A stretch of 64,000 bases of DNA, taken from the NCBI RefSeq assembly GCF_039654945.1, contig NW_027361685.1:18476001-18540000 (forward strand), given 5' to 3'. Origin of the DNA: Dendrobates tinctorius (taxonomy: Eukaryota). The position numbers were made by a program, and so were the translations under genes. The notes beneath the pieces were generated by a model. It saw only the letters and a list, made by a program, of their open reading frames with translations. It searched no databases and had not been told where the DNA came from. Numbering within the stretch: position 1 is the first letter of the stretch; every line of letters starts with the position of its first letter. Of the stretch, positions 39,501 through 50,500 are shown one piece after another.

Positions 39501-40506
39501 TTCTGGCAGGCCCACCAAGCGGAAATTATTATGTAGGGAACGATTTTCCAGGTCATCAATTCTATCCCATAGTAAGGTGTTTTCTTTTGCAAGCGCCAAG
39601 AGCTTATTATGGTCACTATAGGTGTCATCTTCAAGATTTGACAGTCTTTTTCCTATTTCAGAGATACTTTCGGCTTGTTCGTCCTGTCTGTCTTGCATTC
39701 CCTTAAGGCTGAATTTAATGAATCTTCAATAGTAGATTTGATTTCCGGCAGAATTTTAGCCATAATGTTATCAACTATAGAGGGGATATTTATTTGCAAG
39801 TCTGAGTTACCAGGTGATGGTAAAGAGGTGGAAACGGGCATCACAGCTTCCCTGACAGAGGTCATATTGGAAGAAGTCATGTTAGCGGACTCCCCAGAAG
39901 GCTGGCGCTGTTTCTGCCCGCTGTGCAAAAGGTATCGGTCCATATAAAGATATGTTGTAAATGCAGATTATTGCACATCTTTAATTCTAAGCAGGTCACA
40001 AGGTCGTATTTGCAAGGAAAGCAAGATGCAGATGTTTCCACGGGGTTAACGGAGGGCAAGGGACACCAACTACACAACTTTCACATGACTGACGCACGAC
40101 TCGGAAGCCACACAATCAAAGTGGTCTGTTTCTGTTAGGTGGAAAACAAACTGCAGCAAGATTCAAATTTGTCAGGCTGTGAGTGACTTCGTGGATCACA
40201 AGAGGGGGTAGACATTTGCAGTAGAGCAGCGAAGTATTGTACAATTTTATGGCAGCAGGAAGATGCAGGCTCTTCAATACAGGACACTTTCCTCTGCTGT
40301 CCAGGGAGAGGGGGACAAAACCCTTCCCAGGGAGGGTAGCTGACATTAAGGTCTCAAAATGGTCCTGGGATAAGTGGCAATAATCCCTCAGTGAAAGAGG
40401 ATGAAGTGGAACCTCAAAGTCTGCTTTTTTGTTGCTTTTCGGGGAAGTCCTGTGGGAGCTCCAGACCCCTGCTTCCCCACACAACAAGAGTCAGATCACG
40501 CCTCTG
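36510..40506 (-). mobile_element. L1-clade LINE with 5' UTR, ORF1, endonuclease and 3' UTR/poly(A), but RT internally deleted
   Basis: ORF1 pieces 39943-38954 (IDDLENRSLHNNFRLVGLPE, RAHR, IFDDFSADVIRRRKAF). ORF2 starts MRIICWDVKGLRSP at 38549 with YGPN, GGDFNS, YTFFSH, and fades by about 37200. AATAAA plus A-tail at about 36533-36510. Confidence 0.88.
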
Positions 40507-41019
40507 TAGAACGCTTTTGTGACCAGCTGTTAGTCCTTAAAAGGTTAGTCCAAAACCAAAAAGTATATTTCAATTAATAAATCTTTTAAAACTAACAACT
40601 TTTGTAATTCAAGTCATTTTTTTGATTCCACACCATTCACTCTGTACTGAACTTATGGTTCTGCTTATATTACCCGCCTCCTATGATGATTCATTTGAGA
40701 ATCCTCAGTGCATGATGGGATATTCAAACAATTCATCATCTGCTGGCTGACACTGCTGTCACTCCCCTTTCTACCCTGAAATGTAGCATCATTGAAGGGG
40801 GCTGGGACATCCCAACACTCCGCTTACTTAGTTTTACCCCCGGAAACAAAGCATTATCAGTCACGCTCCTTTCATGGGCTGGTCCCTGGATTGTCTCCCT
40901 TGTGCAATGTCTCCCCCAGCGTCCTGTGTGATGAGAGCAGCGTCCAGGCTGTTGTCTGCTTAGCTGAATACTAATAAGCCGCCTCTGCTTACAGTCAGAA
41001 ATAAAATACAACAGTGCAC

Positions 41020-41567
41020 TTATAGTATCTGAGTGCTTACTTTATGATTCATAGCTGTTCATCTGTTCCCCCAACAAATGATTTCAGTGATAAAAACTGA
41101 CATCCTGCCAAGTTTGAGCAAGGTCTACTACTTCCCGGATGCCTCTTCTGCACAGTACAAGCATAAGAAAAACTTTATAAATGCCGGCATCACAAGAAAG
41201 ATTTTGGAGTGGAAGCTGAATTGCCCTTTTAGCCACAGGTCATGACAAATGTGTATGTGATGATTTAGGATGCCCCGTGAAACGTTTTGTAGCTCGGGCT
41301 AGCCTCCAGAGGACATATTCAGACCAAATCTTATCTCCCTTGCAACTTTTCAACTGGAGGGAGAAAATTATTCCTAACATCCAGATCATGTACTGTACAA
41401 ACCAGGACTATGAAAAAGAGGAAAGTTTGTAAAACATTGATTTCTGTAAGCAGAGCCCATCCGAGAGACTCAGCAATACTGGACTGTCATCCCAGGTAAG
41501 TGAAAAAGAAAAAATAACAATGAATATTTCATTCAACAGTGATGTCCATGAAGGGATTGAAGGTGGC
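41020..41567 (+). pseudogene. Decayed DDE DNA-transposase fragment, probably Sola (Sola2-like)
   Basis: Manual translation VYYFPDASSAQYKHKKNFIN..HHKKDFGVEAE..ATGHDKCVCDDLGCPVKRFVARASLQR..DQILSPLQLFNW fits the SDG..SQYKN / ATSHGK..CDG.GG.VKR pattern. Superfamily assignment is from memory. Confidence 0.5.
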
Positions 41568-43605
41568 TGTCACGGCCCCGGGTTCCACTTACCTTGTTGC
41601 ACGCGCTTCCCCGTGCCCGGCCTTCGGCTCCCTCGGCGTCGGGCGCCTGCGCACTGCCTCCCTCCTGGTGCGCAGCCCCCTGGGTAGTATGACGCACTGG
41701 CCCCGCCTCCAATATGGCGGCGCCCAGTGCTACTTATGCCCGGCGTCTGGACAGGTAAGGCGCCTGTTCTACTAATGCGGTGACGCTGTCTCATAGCAGC
41801 GTTCTCTATGTTACAGGCCCCTTCTACCCTGCCTCTGTCTGTACAGTGTTCCTGGTCTTAAGTACCTCTATTCTTGCCTCTGCCTTCGCTGTGTGCTGTA
41901 TCTTCAGTTCCCTCTCCCTTTGCCTCCGCCTACGCTGTCTCCGACAGCTCTCACTCTGCACTCTTGCTATACGGTACCCTCTGTTGGTCCTTACTCCTTC
42001 CCTGTCCTGCTCCTTCCACCCTCCCGCTTTGTGTTTTATCAGTACTTCTGCTTTTGCAGCGTCCAGCTATTGCCACCCGCTGCGCTCCGGTCCTGCGCTC
42101 TGCCCGTTCTCCACGGCCTCTGTGTTCCCCTGGGCTCCCTGTATGGATTCGCCTGTGCCTCCTCTCCTGTCTAAGCCCGGTCGTCCCTTTGGTTCTGGCT
42201 GTCGCGGTTCTATCCCCTGGGGGTCTGCCCCTAACACTCCCTGTATAGGGGGTGGTTCTCACCTGGGCGCTCGCCCTCAGGTGCTCTGGAGCCGTGACCC
42301 AGAGGGTCCACTTCTGGGTTGCCTCTGCGTTCCTCTTGCTACAGCAACCGTAATAGTTAGAACAGGCCATGGACCCCACTGGAGCCACGGCTGCCCAAAA
42401 AGATTTGGTTTTCCTTTGGGAAAACCAGACGCGCATGATGTCCTTTATGAAAACTATGGACTCGCGTCTTTCCGCTCTCCAATCCTCTGACCGTAACGCT
42501 GCCCAGTTGGCTGGCTTACAGCAAGAATTGGCGCAGCAGAGTGACACCCAGTCACATATCCTCAGCTATATGGCTATATGTCGGGTTTTTGACGAACCGG
42601 GTCGTTTAGCCTCCACCACTGAGGCTTTGTTTAGCCTCTGCCAAGGTTCTCTAACCGTGGGCCAGTACGCCATACAGTTCAGGACCCTGTCCGCCGACTT
42701 AGGTTGGAATAACGAGGCGTTGGTGGGCGCTTTCTGGCGAGGTCTCTCAAGTCGTATTAAAGATGAGCTCGCTGGTCGTGATACCCCTACAGCTCTGGAG
42801 GATTTGATTTCCCTGGCCACACGGATAGATCTCCGGTTTCAGGAACGGGCCAGGGAGAGAAGGGTTTCTCGTCCTTTATCTTCTCTTCGCAGACCACCCA
42901 GTCCCCGACCCAGGATCCTCTCCTCTGCCTCTGCTCCCAAACCTATGCAGGTGGACCGCCTGAAGCTCTCTGACCAGCGTCGTAGGGAAAGAACCCTACA
43001 GGGTCTTTGTTTCTACTGCGGTAGCGGCTCCCATTTGCTCCAAACTTGTCCTGACCGTCCGGAAAACTCCTCCGCCTAGGCCAGGTAAGAGAGGCCTTCC
43101 TGGGTATTTGTGATACCTCTCTACCCCTCACTTTGTCTGTCCTCTTGCATGTTGATGGGAAGCGGGCTTCTCTGGTGGCCTATGTGGATTCTGGTGCCGC
43201 CGGAAATTTTAATAGGCTTGAGGAGGTCAACAAATTTTCTGTTCCTGTGAGGCCCTTAGAGAACCCTCAAAGTCTCACTTCCGTAGATGGTCGACCCCTG
43301 CTAAAGACAGTTACCCATGTCACTCATGAGGTAGAGTTGCAGGTAGGAGCCCTGCACAAGGAGAAAATTAAATTTTATGTCTTGGCAGGTATTTCCCATC
43401 CAATCCTACTCGGTCTCCCTTGCCTGCGGCTCCACGAGCCCACCTTAGATTGGCATAGCGGCAACGTCTTGCGCTGGGGGAGTCTTGTCAGGCTCGGTGT
43501 CTGCTGCCGTTGCATCCCGTGGGTACCCCTCTTCCTTCTCCTGTTCCCTCCGGATTACCGTCGGCTTATAGTGCCTTTGTGGATGTTTTTGATAAGAAAC
43601 ATCTA
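41568..43605 (+). mobile_element. Ty3/Gypsy (Tf1/sushi-type) 5' part: 5' LTR (41568-42355), gag and protease; 3'-truncated
   Basis: TGTCACGG...CCGTAATA LTR, ATG 13 nt downstream, gag with CFYCGSGSHLLQTC knuckle, GGAAAAC slippery site at 43061, protease AYVDSGAAGNF. Confidence 0.92.
42369..43079 (+). CDS. Gypsy Gag ORF (236 aa), apparently with an in-frame internal deletion
   Basis: Retrotrans_gag C-half (VFDEPGR...QGSLTVGQYAIQFRTL...WNNEAL...GLSSRIKDEL) and CCHC present; the usual N-terminal capsid half is missing. Confidence 0.8.
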   Translation: MDPTGATAAQKDLVFLWENQTRMMSFMKTMDSRLSALQSSDRNAAQLAGLQQELAQQSDTQSHILSYMAICRVFDEPGRLASTTEALFSLCQGSLTVGQYAIQFRTLSADLGWNNEALVGAFWRGLSSRIKDELAGRDTPTALEDLISLATRIDLRFQERARERRVSRPLSSLRRPPSPRPRILSSASAPKPMQVDRLKLSDQRRRERTLQGLCFYCGSGSHLLQTCPDRPENSSA

Positions 43606-43699
43606 GTCAGTATAGTCTAGATAATAGTCTAGAGATTATACAATGTAGTCTGCACGGGGAGTGTGAGTCATCACAGACACTTGGACGAGTAAGCATGGC

Positions 43700-45240
43700 C
43701 AAGGGGGTTACATCTCGCTGACTGGGCACTGGGGGACTCTACTGGCTGTGGGGACAGGTGCTGCTCCACAAGTCTTGGAATCCCCAAGGCTTGCAGGACA
43801 AACCTCTACATTTAACACTTCCTCCACTGCTTTTGCATCCTCTATCACCTCTAGGGCCTCCACCTGTGCCCTCAACCTCTGCCTTAATCAGACACGCGTT
43901 CTAAGTGTGGAGCAGACCCCCACCACCTCTGTACTGCACAGCCAGGGCTCTCTGCAATCAGGCAGTCTTAAAATTGATATGTCTTGGAGATTGCAGTCAT
44001 ACAGCTGAAGAGTTGTGGACAGTTCTCCAGGCTCAGTTTGATCAATGGCTGTCTCCGCTGAACCTACATGCAGGGAAGGTGTTAAGGGTGCAAGCTTGGT
44101 GGCGGCCCTATGGCAAGGAAAGCCCACACACGTGCCTTGCATGGCTCATGTCCTCAACTTGGTGGTACAGCGTATTCTCCACCACAATTCTGGCCTGGGT
44201 GAACTGCTCAAGAAGGCACGTAAGCTGTGTGCTCATTTCTGCCGTTCACACCCCTCTCCTCATCGACTTGCAGTGGAATTCCACTCTGCACGTTGGAGCG
44301 ACTGTGGCAGCAGCAACAAGCCCTGACGCAGTATGTCATGTCATATAGCCTGGGCCAACGCGGTATGGACCTGGCGCATGTCACATTTACAGAGTGCGCA
44401 CAGATTAAGGACTTCTGCATCCTTCTGCACAGTTTCAAAATGGCTACTGAGATAGTTATCACTGATGCCGCCATCGTCAGCAACACTATTCCGTCATCTA
44501 TATGCTGGAGAAGACATTGAATAGCCTGCGGGAAGAGATGGTGGTCCCAGAAGAAGAGGAGGAAGCAGAGGAGGATGCAGAAGGGATAATACTGTCTCTA
44601 CGTTCAAGACTGTCGCCACACAGGTGGGTGCCAAGGGAGGGTGGATTACTGTGATCGAGGGGGGCTAGTGATAACAGACAAGCTGTTATGGAAGGTGCAA
44701 GATCCGAGGAACAAATGGAGGAGAAAGAGGTGATGGGCGAGCAACTGTAAGATGAAAAGGATAATACTCCCCTCTCTGTTATCCGTGATTGGCGGGATGG
44801 GACGGAGGAAACGAGCCTCATTGTTACCCAGCCACCAACAAAGCATGGGCTTGGACCTCATGGTAGAGCCCGACATATGAGCGCCTTCTTGCTGCACTAT
44901 CTGCAACATGATCCCCGTATAGTTATGATTAGGAATAATGCTGACTACTGGGTTGCCACTTTCTTAGATCCACGTTATAAAACCAAATTTTGCCAGACGA
45001 TCCCCGCCCTAGAAAGGGAACAGGGAATGCTGGAGTATTGAAACACGCTTTTACACAACCTTAAGAGAGCTTTTCCCTAAGACAGCAGTGAAGCACACCA
45101 TTCGAATCGCGGTTGTAGACTTCCCACCTCCGAACCGTCAATTCTTCAACGCCAAAATATTATCAGCAGCAGCAGTGGTGGAAGTAGAAGAAGCAATTTC
45201 TGTGAGTCCTTTGAAACTTTTTTAGGCCAACGCATGGCGT
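43700..45240 (+). pseudogene. Decayed hAT (ZBED-like) transposase
   Basis: THVPCMAHVLNLVVQR, ARKLCAHF, WNSTLH..ERLWQQQ, YWVATFLDPRYK across several frames. Confidence 0.85.
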
Positions 45241-46832
45241 GGGTTACTTGCTTATGTATTTTGGCCAAAATATTAACTAATACCTCTCATATTTTTTATA
45301 TGTGTTTTTTGCACTTTATTTTTCAGGGTGCAGTTGGGCCCATTCAGTCTTGTAAACTGTGGTGTCTGTTCACATGGGATGCATTTGGATGGCACTAGGC
45401 AGCCCGCCTGATCTAATAGTATGGGCGTAACTAATAGGCTGTTAGCCTGGATGCTGTGCATTACCATTGTGTGAACAGCGCCGCATACAAGTCTTCATTG
45501 TGCATTAATATACCAAGCATCCGTCCCTCCATACATTGGTAGGTCGTGAGCGGTTGTCTCATCGGTATTCTTGCACCTGTGTTGCCCCCATCTTAACTAT
45601 ATGGGCCCACTCACCCTGACAGTGCATTTGTTGGGAGGCCTGGGCAGGTCAGCATCTCTGCCTTTTTGCTGTTTTTGAACATTTGACATTTACCTGAATT
45701 TTTATATCTACACATGATTTACACAAATTATATTTTCTAGTCTTAACTCTATACTATTTAACATTAGAAGCTGTGTATTTTTGTAATTATTTGTACGTAT
45801 ACATGATTGATTACCACTTCCGTCTCTGTAAAAACAATCCCCTTTAACCCCTTTCTGACATCGGGTGTAAACGTACACTGATGTCGGACTCCCTCCTTTT
45901 GATGTGGGCTCTGGCACTGAGCCTACATCTTTTCTCGCACATGATGGGCCAGAAATCCCGCACATTGGTGACCCTATCACGTGATCGCGGGTCACTGATA
46001 GGTTGACATGACAACCAGAGGTCTCCAGCAGACCTCTATGGTTGTCACTGCCGTATCCTACCGTATGAGTGCTGCCCAGTGGTTGGCGCTCATAGCAAGT
46101 GAGCAACTCTGCTACATGCAGGTGATCTGATCATTGCTTGTATGTGGCAGAGCCTATCGGGTTATAGCATCTTCTAGCCTCCCATTGAGACTATTGAAGC
46201 ATGCCTGTGGAAACATGGGGTGGTCAGCGGGCGCCCCAGTCAGCTGGCTGAAACGACATGGATCAGGGATCGTCCCATCGAATGCTCTCCCTTTAACATG
46301 GGCATAACGCTACTCAGACAACACACAGTGAGGGTAAAACAGTGTGGCAATGCTTTATTGAACCACAAAACAGGCAGATAACACATAGAACAGTCCCAGC
46401 AAAATACCCAACAGAGTGCACATTACAGAGTCTCACCCTTCCGCTGATTCGCTCCCAGGATCGCTACCCCACCTGTGGCACGCACAGAGAGGAGGTAATG
46501 ACGTGTAGGAAGATGACAATCCATTCAGTCCATACAAGGTAAAAGGCCAGTTGATCCGAGGATCACAACCTGGCTTCTCCAAATGTATCCATGGTTCAGC
46601 GATGGTCAATGGAAGAGATCTGTGTTCTTCCAACCGAGGCTGAAAACCCCTAGGTTGTTTCCTGTAGAATGATAGATCCGTGTCCCTCGTGATGTAAAAA
46701 CTATATGAAGTATATAGTTTGAAGTTTGGGATCTGCCAATATGTGGCTAGCTTTCTGACGGTTTCGGATAATATGATAAATGATTTTAGTTTTATTTTGT
46801 CTAGTCTCGCTTGAATATAGATCACTATTAAA

Positions 46833-46882
46833 TAGTCTCCTGATGAGTCGCCTTTGATGAGGACAATGAAACCCGTAGAAAT
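46833..46882 (+). ncRNA. Degenerate minimal type I hammerhead ribozyme motif (paralogue of 31994-32043)
   Basis: GTCTC-CTGATGA(46840-46846)-GTCGCC..GACAAT-GAAA(46868-46871)-C-CC-GTA-GAAAT. GUA triplet retained; stem II has mismatches. Confidence 0.55.
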
Positions 46883-47094
46883 AAGAGGCTTGGAGAGTGA
46901 GTGTGTATATGTCACCTCACCCTATATACTGAACTGTGGGCTTTATGTTTTTTCTATTAGTCACCTTCTGACTAACCTTCAGGCAGTGAATTATGGGTAT
47001 AGTTTTACATTTGGAATTAATAAAGATTAGTTCTATCCTTTTGTCAGCAAACATGAGGAATGACAAGAGACAACCCATTTAAAAAGATTCAATT

Positions 47095-47595
47095 TTGGTT
47101 AAAACTTTTCCAACATTAAGAAAATGAAAAGGCTTCTCCCCTGTGTGTCTGCTCTGATGTCTAACAAGAAGCGCTTTCTGGTTAAAATATTTCCCACATT
47201 CTAAACAGGAAAAAGACTTCTCCCCGTGTGAGTTCTCTGGTGAGGTGGCTCAGTAGTTAGCACTGCAGCCTTGAAGCACTGTAGTCCAGGGTTCAACTCC
47301 CACGAAGGACAACATCTGCAAGGAGTTTGTATGTTCTCCCCGTGTTTGTGTGGGTTTCCTCCAATATTCCTAAGACATACTGATAGGGTATTTACATTGT
47401 GAGCCCAATTGGGGACAGCTATGATACTGTGTGCAAACTGTAAAGGGCTGCGGAATATGTTAGCACTAAATAAAAGAAAGGTTATTATTATTAATAAGAT
47501 TCCATTTCTGGTTAAAACATTTCACACATTATGAACAGGAGAAAGGCTTCTCCCCTGTGTGAGATCTCTGATGGTGATCAAGATTTATTTTCCAT
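47095..47595 (-). pseudogene. Decayed C2H2 fingers 3' of C's stop codon, interrupted by a SINE
   Basis: CACACAGGGGAGAAGCC linker and TGTGGGAAATATTTT remnants with stops and indels. Confidence 0.8.
47244..47492 (+). mobile_element. tRNA-derived SINE (V-SINE-like)
   Basis: Box A GGTGGCTCAGTAG, box B GGTTCAACTCC, central GGAGTTTGTATGTTCTCCCCGTGTTTGTGTGGGTTTCCTCC, (TTA)n tail. Confidence 0.85.
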
Positions 47596-50500
47596 TTAAC
47601 ATGAAAGCGGTTTCTCCCCTGTGTAAGTTATTTGGTGTGGAACAAGACTCCCTTTCTGTTTAAAACATTTTCCACATTCTGAACATGAAAAAGGTTTCTC
47701 CCCTGTGTGAGTTCTCTGATGAGTAACAAAATGGGATTTACTTGCAAAATGTTTCCCACATTCTGAACAGGAAAAAAGCTTCTCCCCTGTGTGAGTTCTC
47801 TGGTGCTTAACACAATCTGATTTATTGCAAAAACATTTCCCACATTCTGAACAGGAAAAAGGCTTCTCCCCTGTGTGAGTTCTCTGATGAGTAACAAAAT
47901 GTGATTTCTGATTAAAACATTTCCCACATTCTGAACATGAAAAAGGCTTCTCCCCTGTGTGAGTTCTCTGGTGAGTAACAAAATGTGATTTATGTGCAAA
48001 ACATTTCCCACATTCTGAACAGGAAAAAGGCTTCTCCCCTGTGTGTGTTCTCTGGTGAGTAACAAGCTCTGATTTCTGTTTAAAACTTTTCCCACATTCT
48101 GAACATGAAAAAGGCTTCTCCCCTGTGTGAGTTCTCTGGTGAGTAACAAAATGTGATTTATGTGCAAAACATTTCCCACATTCTGAACAGGAAAAAGGCT
48201 TCTCCCCTGTGTGAGTTCTTTGGTGTCTAACAAAATGTGATTTCTCGTTAAAACATTTCCCACATTCTGAACAGGAAAAAGGCTTCTCTCCTGTGTGAGT
48301 TCTTTGGTGAGTAACAAAACGTGATTTCCATGTAAAACATATCCCACATTCTGAACATGAAAATGGCTTCTTTGCTTTAGGAGCAGTTTGTTTTTTATTG
48401 CCTCTTTTGTGATTTTGATTTTCCTTAGTAGTTGGTAATGAATCAGAAGATGGGACCTGTTTCATAGGATCAGATGACAGATCTTTGCTGTGAATGGATG
48501 ATGGTATATCTGGAGTAATGGCATTCACTTCAGTTGTATCTTGTAGGATCTCAAGATCATCAGATTGAAAAATTGAAGATGTCAGCTGTCCCTCTGATCT
48601 CCTGGTATAGTCATCTGCTAAGATAAAAAACAATTATTATTTATTAATAAAATATCTTTTAGTTTTGGATTTTTGAACACTTCTAATTAAACTGTCCATA
48701 AAAATTGTAAGCTATGTAAAAAAAATCTTTAATTTTTGAGAGAAAAAACAGCAGATAAGAACATGCAGCTGAAAGACAAACTAATCAAGGATACTAGATG
48801 TGGTAAAGAGGACCCAAGACAGGGTACTCAGAAGGAAGCTAAGAAAAAGGAAGCAAAACTTCTTTCCTGCATGCTGACCAACGCAAGAAGCCTGACCAAT
48901 AAGATTGAAGATCTGGAGTTGGTAATGTATGAGGAAAAATACGACATAGTAGGAATAACTGAGACATGGTTAGACGACAGCTATGACTGGGCGGCTAACT
49001 TGCAAGGATATGATTTGTTTAGGAGGGATCGTAAAAAAAGGAAAGGGGGTGGAGTCTGTCTATATATATATATAAAGCCCACATTGAGAGAAGATATACA
49101 AGAGGGAAATGAAGAGGTGGAGTCTCTATGGGTGGAGATACAAGGAGGGAAAAGTAATAAAATCCTCATAGGGGTTTGTTATAAGCCACCAAATATAACA
49201 GAAACCACTGAGAATGTATTATTGAAACAGATAGACAAAGCAGCAAATCCCAATGAGGTGATTATTATGGGGGACTTCAACTACCCCGACATAAACTGGG
49301 AAACTGAAACCTGCGTATCTCAGAAAGGAAACCAATGTCTGTCAGTGACCAAGGATAATTCTCTGTCACCACTTGTGCAGGGCCCAACTAGAGGGACAGC
49401 CCTTCTGGACTTAATGTTAAGCAACAGGCCAGATAGAATAACAGAAGTCCGAGTCGATGGCACCTAGGGAACAGTGACCACAATATAATACAATTCCACT
49501 TGTCCTTCAGTAAGGTGCCCTGGAAGGGGGTTACGAAAATGCTGAATTTCAGGAAAGCAAAGTTTGATCAGCTTAGAGAGGACCTTCGCCGAATTGATTG
49601 GGGCAATGTCCTCAAAAATAGTAGCACAGAAAATAAATGGGAAATATTTAAATCAGTTTTACACCCCCACTGCGAGCTAGTCATACCGTGCAGAAATAAA
49701 AGGGCTAGGAACAGGAGAACACCAATGTGGCTAAATAAGGATGTAAAAAGGGCAATAAATAACAAGAACAAGGCATTTAGGAAGCTAAACAAGAAGGCAA
49801 TGAAGAAGCATTAAAAAGTTATAGAGAAAAAAATAAAATGTGTAAAAAACAAATACATTTAGTAAAAATGGAAACTGAGAGACTCATTGCTAAGGAAAGT
49901 AAAACAAACCCCAAACTATTCTTTAATTATATAAACAGTAAAATGATTAAAATTGATGGTGTCGGCCCTTTAAAGAACAATGAGGGTGAAATCATAGAGA
50001 GCGATGTGGGAAAAGCAAATGTTTTAAATACTTTTTTCTCAACAGTTTTCACACAGGAAAAGGATTTGCCAGGGGAAATGCAGAGTGATAATGTAAACTC
50101 CCCATTAAGTATTACCTGCCTAACCCAGGAAGAAGTGCAGAACCGCCATAGTAAGATTAAAATTGACAAATCACCAGGCCCTGATGGCATTCACCCTCGG
50201 GTATTAAGGGAGTTAAGTAATGTGATAGACAGACCTCTATTCCTTATATTTAAAGACTCTATAGAAACAGGGTCTGTTCCTTTTGATTGGCGGCAAGCAA
50301 ATGTGGTACCAATATTCAAAAAGGGGTGTAAAAGGGAACCTGGAAACTATAGGCCGGTAAGCTTAACATCTGTTGTAGGGAAAATTTTTGAAGTGTTTCT
50401 AAGGGATACCATTATGGAATATCTCAATGTTAATAAATGTTTAACTCCATATCAACATGGATTTATGAAGGATCGCTCCTGTCAAACTAACCTGATCAGC

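Noticed and set aside
41780-42547. 236-aa and 198-aa ORFs over the LTR
   Set aside because: Low-complexity translations of pyrimidine-rich LTR sequence with no recognisable domains.
43700-45240. Host ZBED gene
   Set aside because: Multiple stops, frameshifts and deletions; a TE fossil.
47244-47320. tRNA gene
   Set aside because: The A and B boxes belong to a SINE head followed by SINE body and tail.
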